Of a stretch of 64,000 nt of DNA, positions 20,863 to 28,544 are shown piece by piece. The notes beneath the pieces are model-generated. The model searched no databases, was not told the DNA's origin, and worked only from the letters and a program-made list of their open reading frames with translations. Made by a program: the position numbers and the translations under genes. How positions within the stretch are numbered: position 1 is the stretch's first letter; each line of letters begins with the position of its first letter. Source of the stretch: an uncultured Rhodospirillaceae bacterium (GTDB lineage: Bacteria; Pseudomonadota; Alphaproteobacteria; Dongiales; Dongiaceae); the NCBI GenBank assembly GCA_964372215.1, contig CAYJQC010000024.1, positions 2,779-66,778 on the forward strand, in the 5' to 3' direction.

Positions 20863-21900
20863 TCACACCTTCAGCCGCACGAACATCGGCCGGTGATCGG
20901 AGATCGCGAACTTGGCCCAGGCCTTGAACTGGGCCAGGCTGCGGGTGCCGGCCTCGATCTCGCTCCAGAGATCGCGGAACACGAAGTTGTCGTAGTCGAC
21001 GACGATCGCGGTCTGGCCCTTGATCTCCTTCACCTTCAGCTTCTTGTTGGTGAATACGACCTGATCGTAGGTGTTGAATTCCTGGATCGTCGTGCCGGCC
21101 TCGGTCGAGTAGCGGCTCGGCTGCAGGCCGCGGCGCAGCAGGGCCCGGTAGACCGGATTGCGGCTCTCCATCTTGGGGATGTTCATGTCGCCGAGCAGGA
21201 TCACATTGGTCTCGTAGGCATTCTTCATGCGCGCGCCCTGCTGCCGGCGCGCCCACTCCGCCAGGAAGTACACCTCGGCGACCCGATTGCCGAACTCCGG
21301 CGATTCCTCCTTCTCCTGGCCGTAATAGATGTGGACGTTGGCCAGCAGGAAGGTGGTGCTGCGGCCGACCACCTGCCAGGTGCTGAGGAACGGGTTGCGG
21401 TTGAAACCGTAGAACACGGTCTGGACCGACTTGCCGTCCATGGTGAACTTCTGGGTCTTCGGCGCGATCACGTACTTGCCCTTGATCACCTTGCCCGACG
21501 GGTTGTAGTCGAGCTCGCCCAGGAGCTGGCGCGGCTGCACCACGTCCTTGCGGTAGACCACGACGAGGCGCTCCTGATTGCCCGCCGGATCGGTCATCAC
21601 CATGTCGTAGCCGGAAGGCGCCAGTTCCTGCATCACGCTGGTGAAATGCTCGAGATTGGCGTTCACCTCCTGGACCGCGATGATGTCGAACTTGGACAGG
21701 ACATGGGCGATCAGCAGCAGGTCTTTTTCGCGCCGCTTCTGCACGCCGAGATTGGCGATGTTCCAACTCGCCAGGTCGATCTCGTTCGCTCCCTTGGCCG
21801 GAATCGCGCGCGCGGGATCAGTGAAGAACCCGTCGAAGCGCGTCTTCTCCGTGGCCAGATCGTAGTCGTAATCGAATCTCGGCTTGGCGAACCCGACCAT
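20863..21900 (-). CDS. endonuclease/exonuclease/phosphatase (EEP, DNase I-like) family protein
   Basis: 345 aa with EEP motifs SWNIANLG, DIIAVQEV, LLGDMN, ISDHRPMF. No signal peptide. Hand-counted GC of sampled lines is ~52-62%, against ~65-70% nearby. Confidence 0.8.
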   Translation of the reverse strand: MVGFAKPRFDYDYDLATEKTRFDGFFTDPARAIPAKGANEIDLASWNIANLGVQKRREKDLLLIAHVLSKFDIIAVQEVNANLEHFTSVMQELAPSGYDMVMTDPAGNQERLVVVYRKDVVQPRQLLGELDYNPSGKVIKGKYVIAPKTQKFTMDGKSVQTVFYGFNRNPFLSTWQVVGRSTTFLLANVHIYYGQEKEESPEFGNRVAEVYFLAEWARRQQGARMKNAYETNVILLGDMNIPKMESRNPVYRALLRRGLQPSRYSTEAGTTIQEFNTYDQVVFTNKKLKVKEIKGQTAIVVDYDNFVFRDLWSEIEAGTRSLAQFKAWAKFAISDHRPMFVRLKV

Positions 21901-21906
21901 GGCACC

Positions 21907-22452
21907 TCACCCCGCCGCGACGAAATAGCCGCGCAGGATCAGGTGCTGTACCCCGGAGGGCGGGCCGGCCGGCCCCCCCATGGTGTCGAAGCAGAGCTGC
22001 GCCGCCGCGGTCATGGCGAAGCCCGAGGTCATCGCTTCGCTGGTGCCGCCCTCGCCCTCGGGGTTGAGCAGGATGGTCGACTCCACCATTCGCTCCTGGC
22101 GGTCGGGATCGGCGAGATTCTGGATCAGCAGGCGCAGCACGACCCGGGTTCCCGCGGCCGCCGCGCCATCGGGATGGTGATACAGCCAATCCATGTCGGT
22201 GATCACCAGCGCGCGCTCCGCCGGCATCGCGAACGGCTGCAGGGCGCCGGTGCCGTCCTGGAAAACCCGCCGGAAGCTGTGGCCGGCGGCGCCGAAGCCG
22301 CAGCCGGTATCGCCGGTCGCGGAATGCAGCACCACCTGCTCGCCCGGCGCCTGGCCCAGATGGGTCCGCGGCGCGCAAGCCGCCAGCGCGATGGCGACAA
22401 GGCCCAGGCATGCCGCCCCGCCAGCTCCGCGCACAAGGTTGACCCGGCCCAC
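21907..22452 (-). CDS. lipoprotein, unknown function
   Basis: 181 aa. Signal peptide plus lipobox (LVAIALAACAP). Its stop is 6 nt upstream of the EEP start (TGAGGTGCCATG). Confidence 0.6.
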   Translation of the reverse strand: MGRVNLVRGAGGAACLGLVAIALAACAPRTHLGQAPGEQVVLHSATGDTGCGFGAAGHSFRRVFQDGTGALQPFAMPAERALVITDMDWLYHHPDGAAAAGTRVVLRLLIQNLADPDRQERMVESTILLNPEGEGGTSEAMTSGFAMTAAAQLCFDTMGGPAGPPSGVQHLILRGYFVAAG

Positions 22453-22470
22453 TGGAGTCCCCCCGTCGGT

Positions 22471-22495
22471 GATTCCCGCCCCGCCGCGGCGACAC
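22471..22495 (+). repeat. imperfect direct copy of the tRNA-Ser 3' end and flank
   Basis: GATTCCCGCCCC..CGACAC compared with tRNA/flank GAATCCCGCCCC..CGACAC (13783-13808). The blocks match 11/12 and 6/6, with a 7-nt versus 8-nt linker. Confidence 0.25.
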
Positions 22496-22565
22496 GTGAT
22501 CGCCCATTGCGGTCTTGGCGCCGGACCAGACTACGCCGACTCTGCCGCCGGGGAAACCCGGCCTC

Positions 22566-22778
22566 TCAGGCAAATCGGATGCCGATGCCGTCGACGCCCA
22601 CGCCGGACAGGCGCATGTGCCAGGTCTCGCCGGGCGCCGCCGGAAACGCCCGGGTCAGGGTTCCCGTGGTGACGATCTCGCCGGCTGCGAGCGGCGGGTT
22701 CGCCGGATCGCGTGCCAGCAGGTCGACACACGCACGGGCGATATCGTCGACGGCGACCACGGGCGGCAGGTCCTGCAC
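22566..22778 (-). pseudogene. C-terminal remnant of a 2-keto-4-pentenoate hydratase/FAH-fold enzyme
   Basis: 70-aa ORF ending LAAGEIVTTGTLTRAFPAAPGETWHMRLSGVGVDGIGIRFA, resembling the last ~65 residues of ~260-aa MhpD-type hydratases. The upstream space is occupied by the MBL gene. Confidence 0.45.
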
Positions 22779-22811
22779 CGGCTCCCCTCCGCTTCGTTCC
22801 GCCGCGGCGCC

Positions 22812-23546
22812 TCAGGCGGCGAGCAGCTGCGATTCGAGCCTGGCGGCATAGTAGTCGGCCAGGCGGTTCAGGGCGGACTGGCAGTCACCGACATAGGAAG
22901 TGCCATGCATGACGGCGAGGGTGCGCGGATTCAGCGCGGCGAGCCTCCTGATCGTCGGCGCGGTCGCCGGCGTCACGGCGGATGCCTGGAACATGTCCTC
23001 GGCCGCGATCGCCTTCTGGACGATGTCCGCGTCGGTCAGGGCCTGGCCGTTGCCGAGATGGGTCATCAGGTCGCCGCACAGCAGCGTGGCGGTATCCTCC
23101 TCGAACAGCAGCCCCGCTTCCCAGCCATGCGGCACGTGGGGCGTATCGATGTAGCGCACGCGCCGCCCGCCGAGGTCGACGACCGTGCCGTCGGCGAGCG
23201 CCCTGGGCGTCCGATCGGCGAGATCGTTCAGGGAAACCGCGCAGGCGGTCATGCCGTGCGCCACCTGCGCGCGCGGCGCCGCGGCCAGCCAGGCGTTCAT
23301 CGCGCCGCACTCGTCGGCTTCGACATGGCCGAAGCTGATCCAGCGGAGTTTCTCGACCGGCATGATCCGGGCGACGGCAGCCGACACGGACTCGAACATC
23401 GCCCGCGGGCCGCAGTGAAACAGCAGCGGCTCTTCCGCGTCCACCAGGAACTGGTTGAAGGTGAATCCGGCCGGCGGGGCGATGTCCGGCACAAAGGTCG
23501 AGAGCCGATAGATGCGATCGGCGATCTCCGCGATTTCGGTAGTCAT
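22812..23546 (-). CDS. MBL-fold metallo-hydrolase-like protein
   Basis: 244 aa with variant metal motif FGHVEADECG and a later TPHVPHG. ATGA overlap with the upstream TetR gene. Confidence 0.7.
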   Translation of the reverse strand: MTTEIAEIADRIYRLSTFVPDIAPPAGFTFNQFLVDAEEPLLFHCGPRAMFESVSAAVARIMPVEKLRWISFGHVEADECGAMNAWLAAAPRAQVAHGMTACAVSLNDLADRTPRALADGTVVDLGGRRVRYIDTPHVPHGWEAGLLFEEDTATLLCGDLMTHLGNGQALTDADIVQKAIAAEDMFQASAVTPATAPTIRRLAALNPRTLAVMHGTSYVGDCQSALNRLADYYAARLESQLLAA

Positions 23547-24184
23547 GTTCGAGAACTCCTGCGTTTGCGTCGAGTCGACTTGCGCTCGTCCTGCGGCTGC
23601 ATGAGCCAGGCGACGAGCACGCCAGCGATGCGCTCGGCGGCGTCGGCCGTCGCGATTCCGTGTTCGGCAAGACGGCGATAGACCTCGTAGTCGAGCAGGG
23701 CCGCGACCACCACGGCGCTGCCAGCCGACCTCCCGAGCGGGCGCAATGTCGCCGCCACCAGCGCGTCGAGCGTTTGGTCCAGCTCGGCCATCGCGTCCCG
23801 CAGCGCCTGGATCCGCTGCCGATCGGCCCGCGCCTTGGACAGTCCCGGGCAGCGCTCGTAGAACTCGAACAGCGACCGGACGAGGCGATCGACCCGGTCC
23901 GGCACGTCCACCGCCCCTTCGAGCACGTCCGCCGCCGGTGGCGGAGCGAGTTCGAAGGTGTAGGCGCCGCAGGCCCGAACGGCGTCGTCATAGGTCGGGA
24001 AGTGGTGATACACGGTGCCCAGCCCGACATCGGCGCGTTCGGCGATCTGCTTCATGGTTGTTTCGGCGATCCCCTGCTCCGCGTGCAGCGCGAAGGTTGC
24101 CTCGACGATCCGTTGCCGCGTCTCGGCTGCGGCGCGGGCACGCTTGCCCATCTGGTAGCGTCTCGGGGCCATGCCGCCCTCCAT
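23543..24184 (-). CDS. TetR-family transcriptional regulator
   Basis: N-terminal HTH (IVEATFALHAEQGIAETTMKQIAERADVGLGTVYHHF). The exact start is ambiguous among three Met codons. Confidence 0.85.
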   Translation of the reverse strand: MEGGMAPRRYQMGKRARAAAETRQRIVEATFALHAEQGIAETTMKQIAERADVGLGTVYHHFPTYDDAVRACGAYTFELAPPPAADVLEGAVDVPDRVDRLVRSLFEFYERCPGLSKARADRQRIQALRDAMAELDQTLDALVAATLRPLGRSAGSAVVVAALLDYEVYRRLAEHGIATADAAERIAGVLVAWLMQPQDERKSTRRKRRSSRT

Positions 24185-24199
24185 GGTGCGTAATATTTA

Positions 24200-24221
24200 A
24201 TTGATAGACTATTCGATCAAT
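24200..24221. promoter_or_regulatory. inverted repeat, candidate TetR operator
   Basis: ATTGAT, 10-nt spacer, ATCAAT in a locally AT-rich stretch 16-37 nt upstream of the TetR start. Confidence 0.4.
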
Positions 24222-24285
24222 ATAAGATTCGTCAAGCGGAGAGGCACGCCGCCTTCCCGGCCCGACATCGCCCCGGGAAGGCGGC

Positions 24286-25101
24286 CTAAGGCGGTGGACG
24301 ATCCGTCGCCGCCCACGCGTCGATGATTCCGCTGATCGCGTCGAGCCCGTCGGTCAACGCCGCCGGGCCGGGCTGCAGGATGAGCGGCGCCTTGATTTCG
24401 TGGAGCTCGCCGTTCGCCACGGCGGGGATCGCCGACCAGCCCGGCCGCGCCGCCAGCTTGTCCGGCCGGAACTTCTTGCCGCACCTCGAGGCGATGACGA
24501 TGTCCGGCGCGCGCGCCACCACCTCGGCCGGGTCGGCGACGATGCGCTCGCGCGCCGCCGCGCGGGACGCCAGCTCGGGGAAGCAGTCGTCGCCGCCGGC
24601 GATGCCGATCAGCTCCGAGACCCAGCCGATGCCGGAAATCATCGGATCGTCCCACTCCTCGAAATAGACAAGCGGGCGGCGCGGGCGGCGCGCGGCCTGC
24701 GCGCACACGTCGTCGAGCCGGCCGCGATAGGCGCCGACCAGCGCGGTCGCCCTCGGTTCCGCGCCCACCATGCGGCCGAGCAGCAGGATCATCTCGAGGA
24801 TCCCGCCGACGCTGCGCTGGTTGAAGACATGCACCGCCAGACCGGCCTTGATCAGGCGCGCCGCCACATCGGCCTGGATGTCGGAGAATCCCAGCACCAG
24901 GTCGGGCGCGAGCGCCAGGATCCTGTCGACATTGGCGCTGGTGAAGGCGGCAACCCGCGGCTTCTCGCGGCGCGCCCGGGCCGGCCGCACGGTGAACCCG
25001 GAGATGCCGACGACGCGGTCCTGCTCGCCCAGGAGATACAGCGTCTCCACCGTCTCCTCGGTCAGGCAGACGATGCGACGCGGACCGCCGATCGCCGCCA
25101 T
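24286..25101 (-). CDS. cobalamin/siderophore-type periplasmic-binding-fold protein (no signal peptide)
   Basis: 271 aa from ATG 25101. RIVCLTEETVETLYLLGEQDRVVGISGF...ILALAPDLVLGF is typical of the class III binding-protein fold. No permease or ATPase gene is adjacent. Confidence 0.7.
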   Translation of the reverse strand: MAAIGGPRRIVCLTEETVETLYLLGEQDRVVGISGFTVRPARARREKPRVAAFTSANVDRILALAPDLVLGFSDIQADVAARLIKAGLAVHVFNQRSVGGILEMILLLGRMVGAEPRATALVGAYRGRLDDVCAQAARRPRRPLVYFEEWDDPMISGIGWVSELIGIAGGDDCFPELASRAAARERIVADPAEVVARAPDIVIASRCGKKFRPDKLAARPGWSAIPAVANGELHEIKAPLILQPGPAALTDGLDAISGIIDAWAATDRPPP

Positions 25102-25310
25102 CCGCCGCTTCCCTTCGTTGCTATCCGTGAAGCCGGGTCTTGATCCCGCCAACGATACCCCGACACGCGACATCGCCGAACAGTCCACTCATCCCATCCC
25201 CCGCCGGCCGGCGACCCGGGCGTCGGACGCGCGCCGGGCGGGGCCGATTGCTGCCGGGAACCCCCGGCGCCGCCGCCCGTTATCCCCCGGCAAACAAACC
25301 GGAGGCGGCA

Positions 25311-25469
25311 ATGACCATCGGCGGCATCCTGCTGATCGTTCTCATCCTGATCCTGATCGGCGCCCTGCCGACCTGGCCGTACAGCCGCGGCTGGGGCTAC
25401 TACCCCACCGGCGGCCTGGGGCTGGTCGTCATCGTGCTACTGATCCTGGTGCTGCTCGGCCACATCTGA
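25311..25469 (+). CDS. DUF3309-family small membrane protein
   Basis: 52 aa, MTIGGILLIVLILILIGALPTWPYSRGWGYYPTGGLGLVVIVLLILVLLGHI. GGAGG lies 5 nt upstream. Confidence 0.75.
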   Translation: MTIGGILLIVLILILIGALPTWPYSRGWGYYPTGGLGLVVIVLLILVLLGHI

Positions 25470-25695
25470 CGCGAGCGCGACCGCCGGCCGCGACGTCGGT
25501 ACGGCGAGACTTGACCCCATGGATTCAACGGGCTAGCAGCCGTCGACCGAGCGGCCCGGGCGGCCGCCGGAATCGCCGGGCCGCGCCGGCTGTCCGCCAT
25601 GCGCATGGCTGACCGGCCGCGGCGGCGCATCGCCAGGACGGGGATGCCGCGCTATGATCCGTCGCGCAACGGAACAGCGGGCGGAGCGACGCTTC

Positions 25696-26295
25696 ATGAA
25701 GATCGTGGTCATCGGCGGCACCGGCACAATCGGCAAGGCGGTGGTGGCGGCGCTGCAGGACCGGCACGAGATCGTCAAGGTCGGCAGCAAGAGCGGCGAC
25801 CATCAGGTCGACATGTCGGACAGCGGCTCGATCCGCCGGCTGTTCGACAAGCTGGGAAAGTTCGACGCGCTGATCTCGACCGCCGGCAAGGTGCATTTCG
25901 GCGCGCTCGCCGAGATGACCGAGAAGGACATGGCGATCGGCCTCGGCAACAAGCTGATGGGCCAGGTCAACCTGGTGCTGCTCGGCCGCGACCACCTGAA
26001 CGACGGCGGCTCCTTCACCCTGACCAGCGGCGTGCTCAGCCACGACCCGATCCGCTTCGGCGCCTCGGCTGCCCTGGTCAACGGCGCGCTCGACGCCTTC
26101 GTCAAGGCCGCCGCCATCGAGCTCGACCGGGCCCAACGCATCAACATCGTCAGCCCCGGCGTGCTCGTGGAATCCCTGCCGGTCTTCGGCGATTATTTCC
26201 ACGGCCACGAAGCCGTGCCGGGGGCGCGCGTCGCCAATGCCTATGTGAAATCGGTCGAGGGCCTGCTGACCGGCCAGGTCTTCCATGTCCTCTGA
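25696..26295 (+). CDS. short-chain dehydrogenase/reductase
   Basis: 199 aa from ATG 25696 (MKIVVIGGTGTIGKAV, Rossmann motif). Confidence 0.8.
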   Translation: MKIVVIGGTGTIGKAVVAALQDRHEIVKVGSKSGDHQVDMSDSGSIRRLFDKLGKFDALISTAGKVHFGALAEMTEKDMAIGLGNKLMGQVNLVLLGRDHLNDGGSFTLTSGVLSHDPIRFGASAALVNGALDAFVKAAAIELDRAQRINIVSPGVLVESLPVFGDYFHGHEAVPGARVANAYVKSVEGLLTGQVFHVL

Positions 26296-27106
26296 GCCGA
26301 AGCGCACCATCCAGGAGAACGATCCCGTGAGCACGCCCGCGATCACCCGCTTCGAGCCGCACGGCCCCGGCAGCCAGGGCCTCGACCGCTGGGAAGACAT
26401 CCCGGCCGACCAGCTCACCGCCGGCACGCCGGTGCAGCGCGGCCATGGCTATCTCGACGCCAAGGAGCTGGGCCTGAGCGCGGGGGTGTGGGACTGCACG
26501 GCGATGACGACCAAGATGGCGCCCTATCCCGTGAACGAGTTCATGCTCGTGCTGGAAGGCGCGGTCACCATCGTCGAGGCGAACGGCCGCGCCACCACGG
26601 TCGAGGCCGGCCGGAGCTTCATCCTGCCCAAGGGCCTGCCCTGCGTCTGGCAGCAGACCGGGTACCTGCGGAAGTTCTACGTGATCTTCGACGACCCGTC
26701 CGGCCTGGTGCCGGCGAATCCCGGCGCGCTGTCGGTGATCCTGCCCGACGTCGCGGCGCCGCTGGCCCCGCTGGCGGTCGACCCGGCGCCGATCGTGGGC
26801 CAACTGCCGGTGCAGCACAGCCGCAGCTGGTTCACCGACCTGACCGGCCAGTGGACGGTCGGGGTGTGGGACGCGACGCCCTATGAGCGCAAGGTCTCGC
26901 CGTCCGGGCGCTACGAGCTGATGCACCTGCTCGAGGGCTCGGTAACCCTCACCGACGGCCAGGGCGGCAGCCAGAGCTTCAAGGCCGGCGACAGCTTCCT
27001 GGTGCCGCTGGGCGCGCCCAATGGCTGGCGCAGCACCGAATACGTCCGCAAGATCTACTGCATCTTCCAGCCCAAGACAGCCGCCGCCGCCGCCAAGCGC
27101 GCCTGA
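26285..27106 (+). CDS. bicupin protein (two DUF861/cupin_3-like domains)
   Basis: 273 aa with two internally similar halves: GVWDCT...EFMLVLEGAVTI...ILPKG...VRKFYVIF and GVWDAT...ELMHLLEGSVTL...LVPLG...VRKIYCIF. Overlaps the SDR stop by 11 nt. Confidence 0.75.
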   Translation: MSSEPKRTIQENDPVSTPAITRFEPHGPGSQGLDRWEDIPADQLTAGTPVQRGHGYLDAKELGLSAGVWDCTAMTTKMAPYPVNEFMLVLEGAVTIVEANGRATTVEAGRSFILPKGLPCVWQQTGYLRKFYVIFDDPSGLVPANPGALSVILPDVAAPLAPLAVDPAPIVGQLPVQHSRSWFTDLTGQWTVGVWDATPYERKVSPSGRYELMHLLEGSVTLTDGQGGSQSFKAGDSFLVPLGAPNGWRSTEYVRKIYCIFQPKTAAAAAKRA

Positions 27107-27187
27107 ACCGCCGCGCCGAATCCGATCGAAGCGGGTCGGCACCGCACGGCGCCGCCCTTCCCATGTCTTGCAGAGGACCCGACGTCC

Positions 27188-28378
27188 ATGACCGTCGCCA
27201 ACGGCCGCGCCTTCCTGAGCATCCCCGGCCCCACCACCGTGCCGGACGAGGTGCTGGCCGCGATGCACCGGCCCGCGGTCGACATCTATACCGGGCCGCT
27301 GATCGACACCACCATGAGCTGCCTCGAGGACATGCGGCGCCTGTTCCGCACCGAAGGGCGGTCCTATGTCTATGCCGCCAACGGCCACGGCGCGTGGGAG
27401 GCGGCGCTCAGCAACGTGCTGTCGCGCGGCGAGACCGTGCTGGTGCTGGAGAGCGGCCGCTTCGCGCTCGGCTGGGGCGAGATGGCCAAGATGCTGGGCA
27501 TCGAGGTCGAGGTGCTGCCGGGCGACTGGCGCCGCGCGGTCGACCCGGCGGCGCTCGAGGCAAGGCTCAAGGCCGACACCAGCGGCCGGATCAAGGCGGT
27601 CATGGTGGTGCAGATCGACACCGCGTCGAGCGTGGTCAACGACATTCCCGCCCTCCGCAAGGCGATCGACGCGGCCGGGCATAGCGCGCTGTTCATGGTC
27701 GACACCATCGCCTCGCTCGCCACCATGCCGTTCGAGATGGACGACTGGGGCATCGACGTCGCGGTCACCGGCTCGCAGAAGGGGCTGATGACGCCGCCGG
27801 GTCTCGGCTTCGTCGCCGCCGGCCAGCGCGCGGTGGCGGCCCATGCGCAGGCCGACCTGCGCACGCGCTATTGGGACTGGACCCAGCGCGAAGGCCCCGA
27901 ACACTACCAGAAATACTGCGGCACCCCGCCGGAGCATCTGATGTTCGGCCTGCGCCAGGCGCTCGACATGATCTTCGCCGAGGGGCTTGAGGCGGTGTTC
28001 CGCCGCCACCGGCTGCTGGCCGAGGCGGTGCGCGCGGCCGTCGAGGTCTGGCGCCAGGGCGGCGTGCTCGACTTCAACATCCTGGCGGAGTCGGCGCGCG
28101 CCGATTCGGTGACTACGGTGCTGGTGAACCGCGAGGGCAGCGCCGGCGCGCTGGTCGACTATCTGCGCCGGCATTGCGGCGTCACCATCGGCATCGGCAT
28201 CGGCGAGCTCGGCGGCAAGGCGATCCGCATCGCCCATATGGGCCATGTCAACGCGCCGATGATCCTCGGCACCCTCGGCGCGATCGAGATGGCGCTGATC
28301 GCGCTCCGCATCCCGTCCGGCAACGGCAGCGGCGTCGCCGCCGCCGCCGAGCGCCTGGGCAGGGCGGTCGCCGCCTGA
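27188..28378 (+). CDS. class V pyridoxal-phosphate aminotransferase (serine/alanine--glyoxylate type)
   Basis: 396 aa. PGPTTVPDEVL N-terminus and PLP-lysine context VTGSQKGLMTPPGLG. Confidence 0.85.
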   Translation: MTVANGRAFLSIPGPTTVPDEVLAAMHRPAVDIYTGPLIDTTMSCLEDMRRLFRTEGRSYVYAANGHGAWEAALSNVLSRGETVLVLESGRFALGWGEMAKMLGIEVEVLPGDWRRAVDPAALEARLKADTSGRIKAVMVVQIDTASSVVNDIPALRKAIDAAGHSALFMVDTIASLATMPFEMDDWGIDVAVTGSQKGLMTPPGLGFVAAGQRAVAAHAQADLRTRYWDWTQREGPEHYQKYCGTPPEHLMFGLRQALDMIFAEGLEAVFRRHRLLAEAVRAAVEVWRQGGVLDFNILAESARADSVTTVLVNREGSAGALVDYLRRHCGVTIGIGIGELGGKAIRIAHMGHVNAPMILGTLGAIEMALIALRIPSGNGSGVAAAAERLGRAVAA

Positions 28379-28544
28379 ACCGCCGCTTCGGGCAGCGTTG
28401 GAGTCCGACGGCGGACCCGGCGCGGGCGGTCGAGCGCGCCTTGTAGCCACCGACCGGTTGGGGCAAGACTGAAGGGCTCCGGGGGCCGGGGCCGGAGCCG
28501 CCGGCCCGGGGGGCCGCATCCGGGTCAGCATCGGCGGTCGGACC

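Noticed and set aside
25102-25310. Possible cobalamin riboswitch upstream of the cobalamin-type binding protein
   Set aside because: The only resemblance is AAGGGAAGC immediately before the ATG, which is more simply the SD. I found no B12-box (GCCACTG-like) and no room for the multi-helix aptamer.
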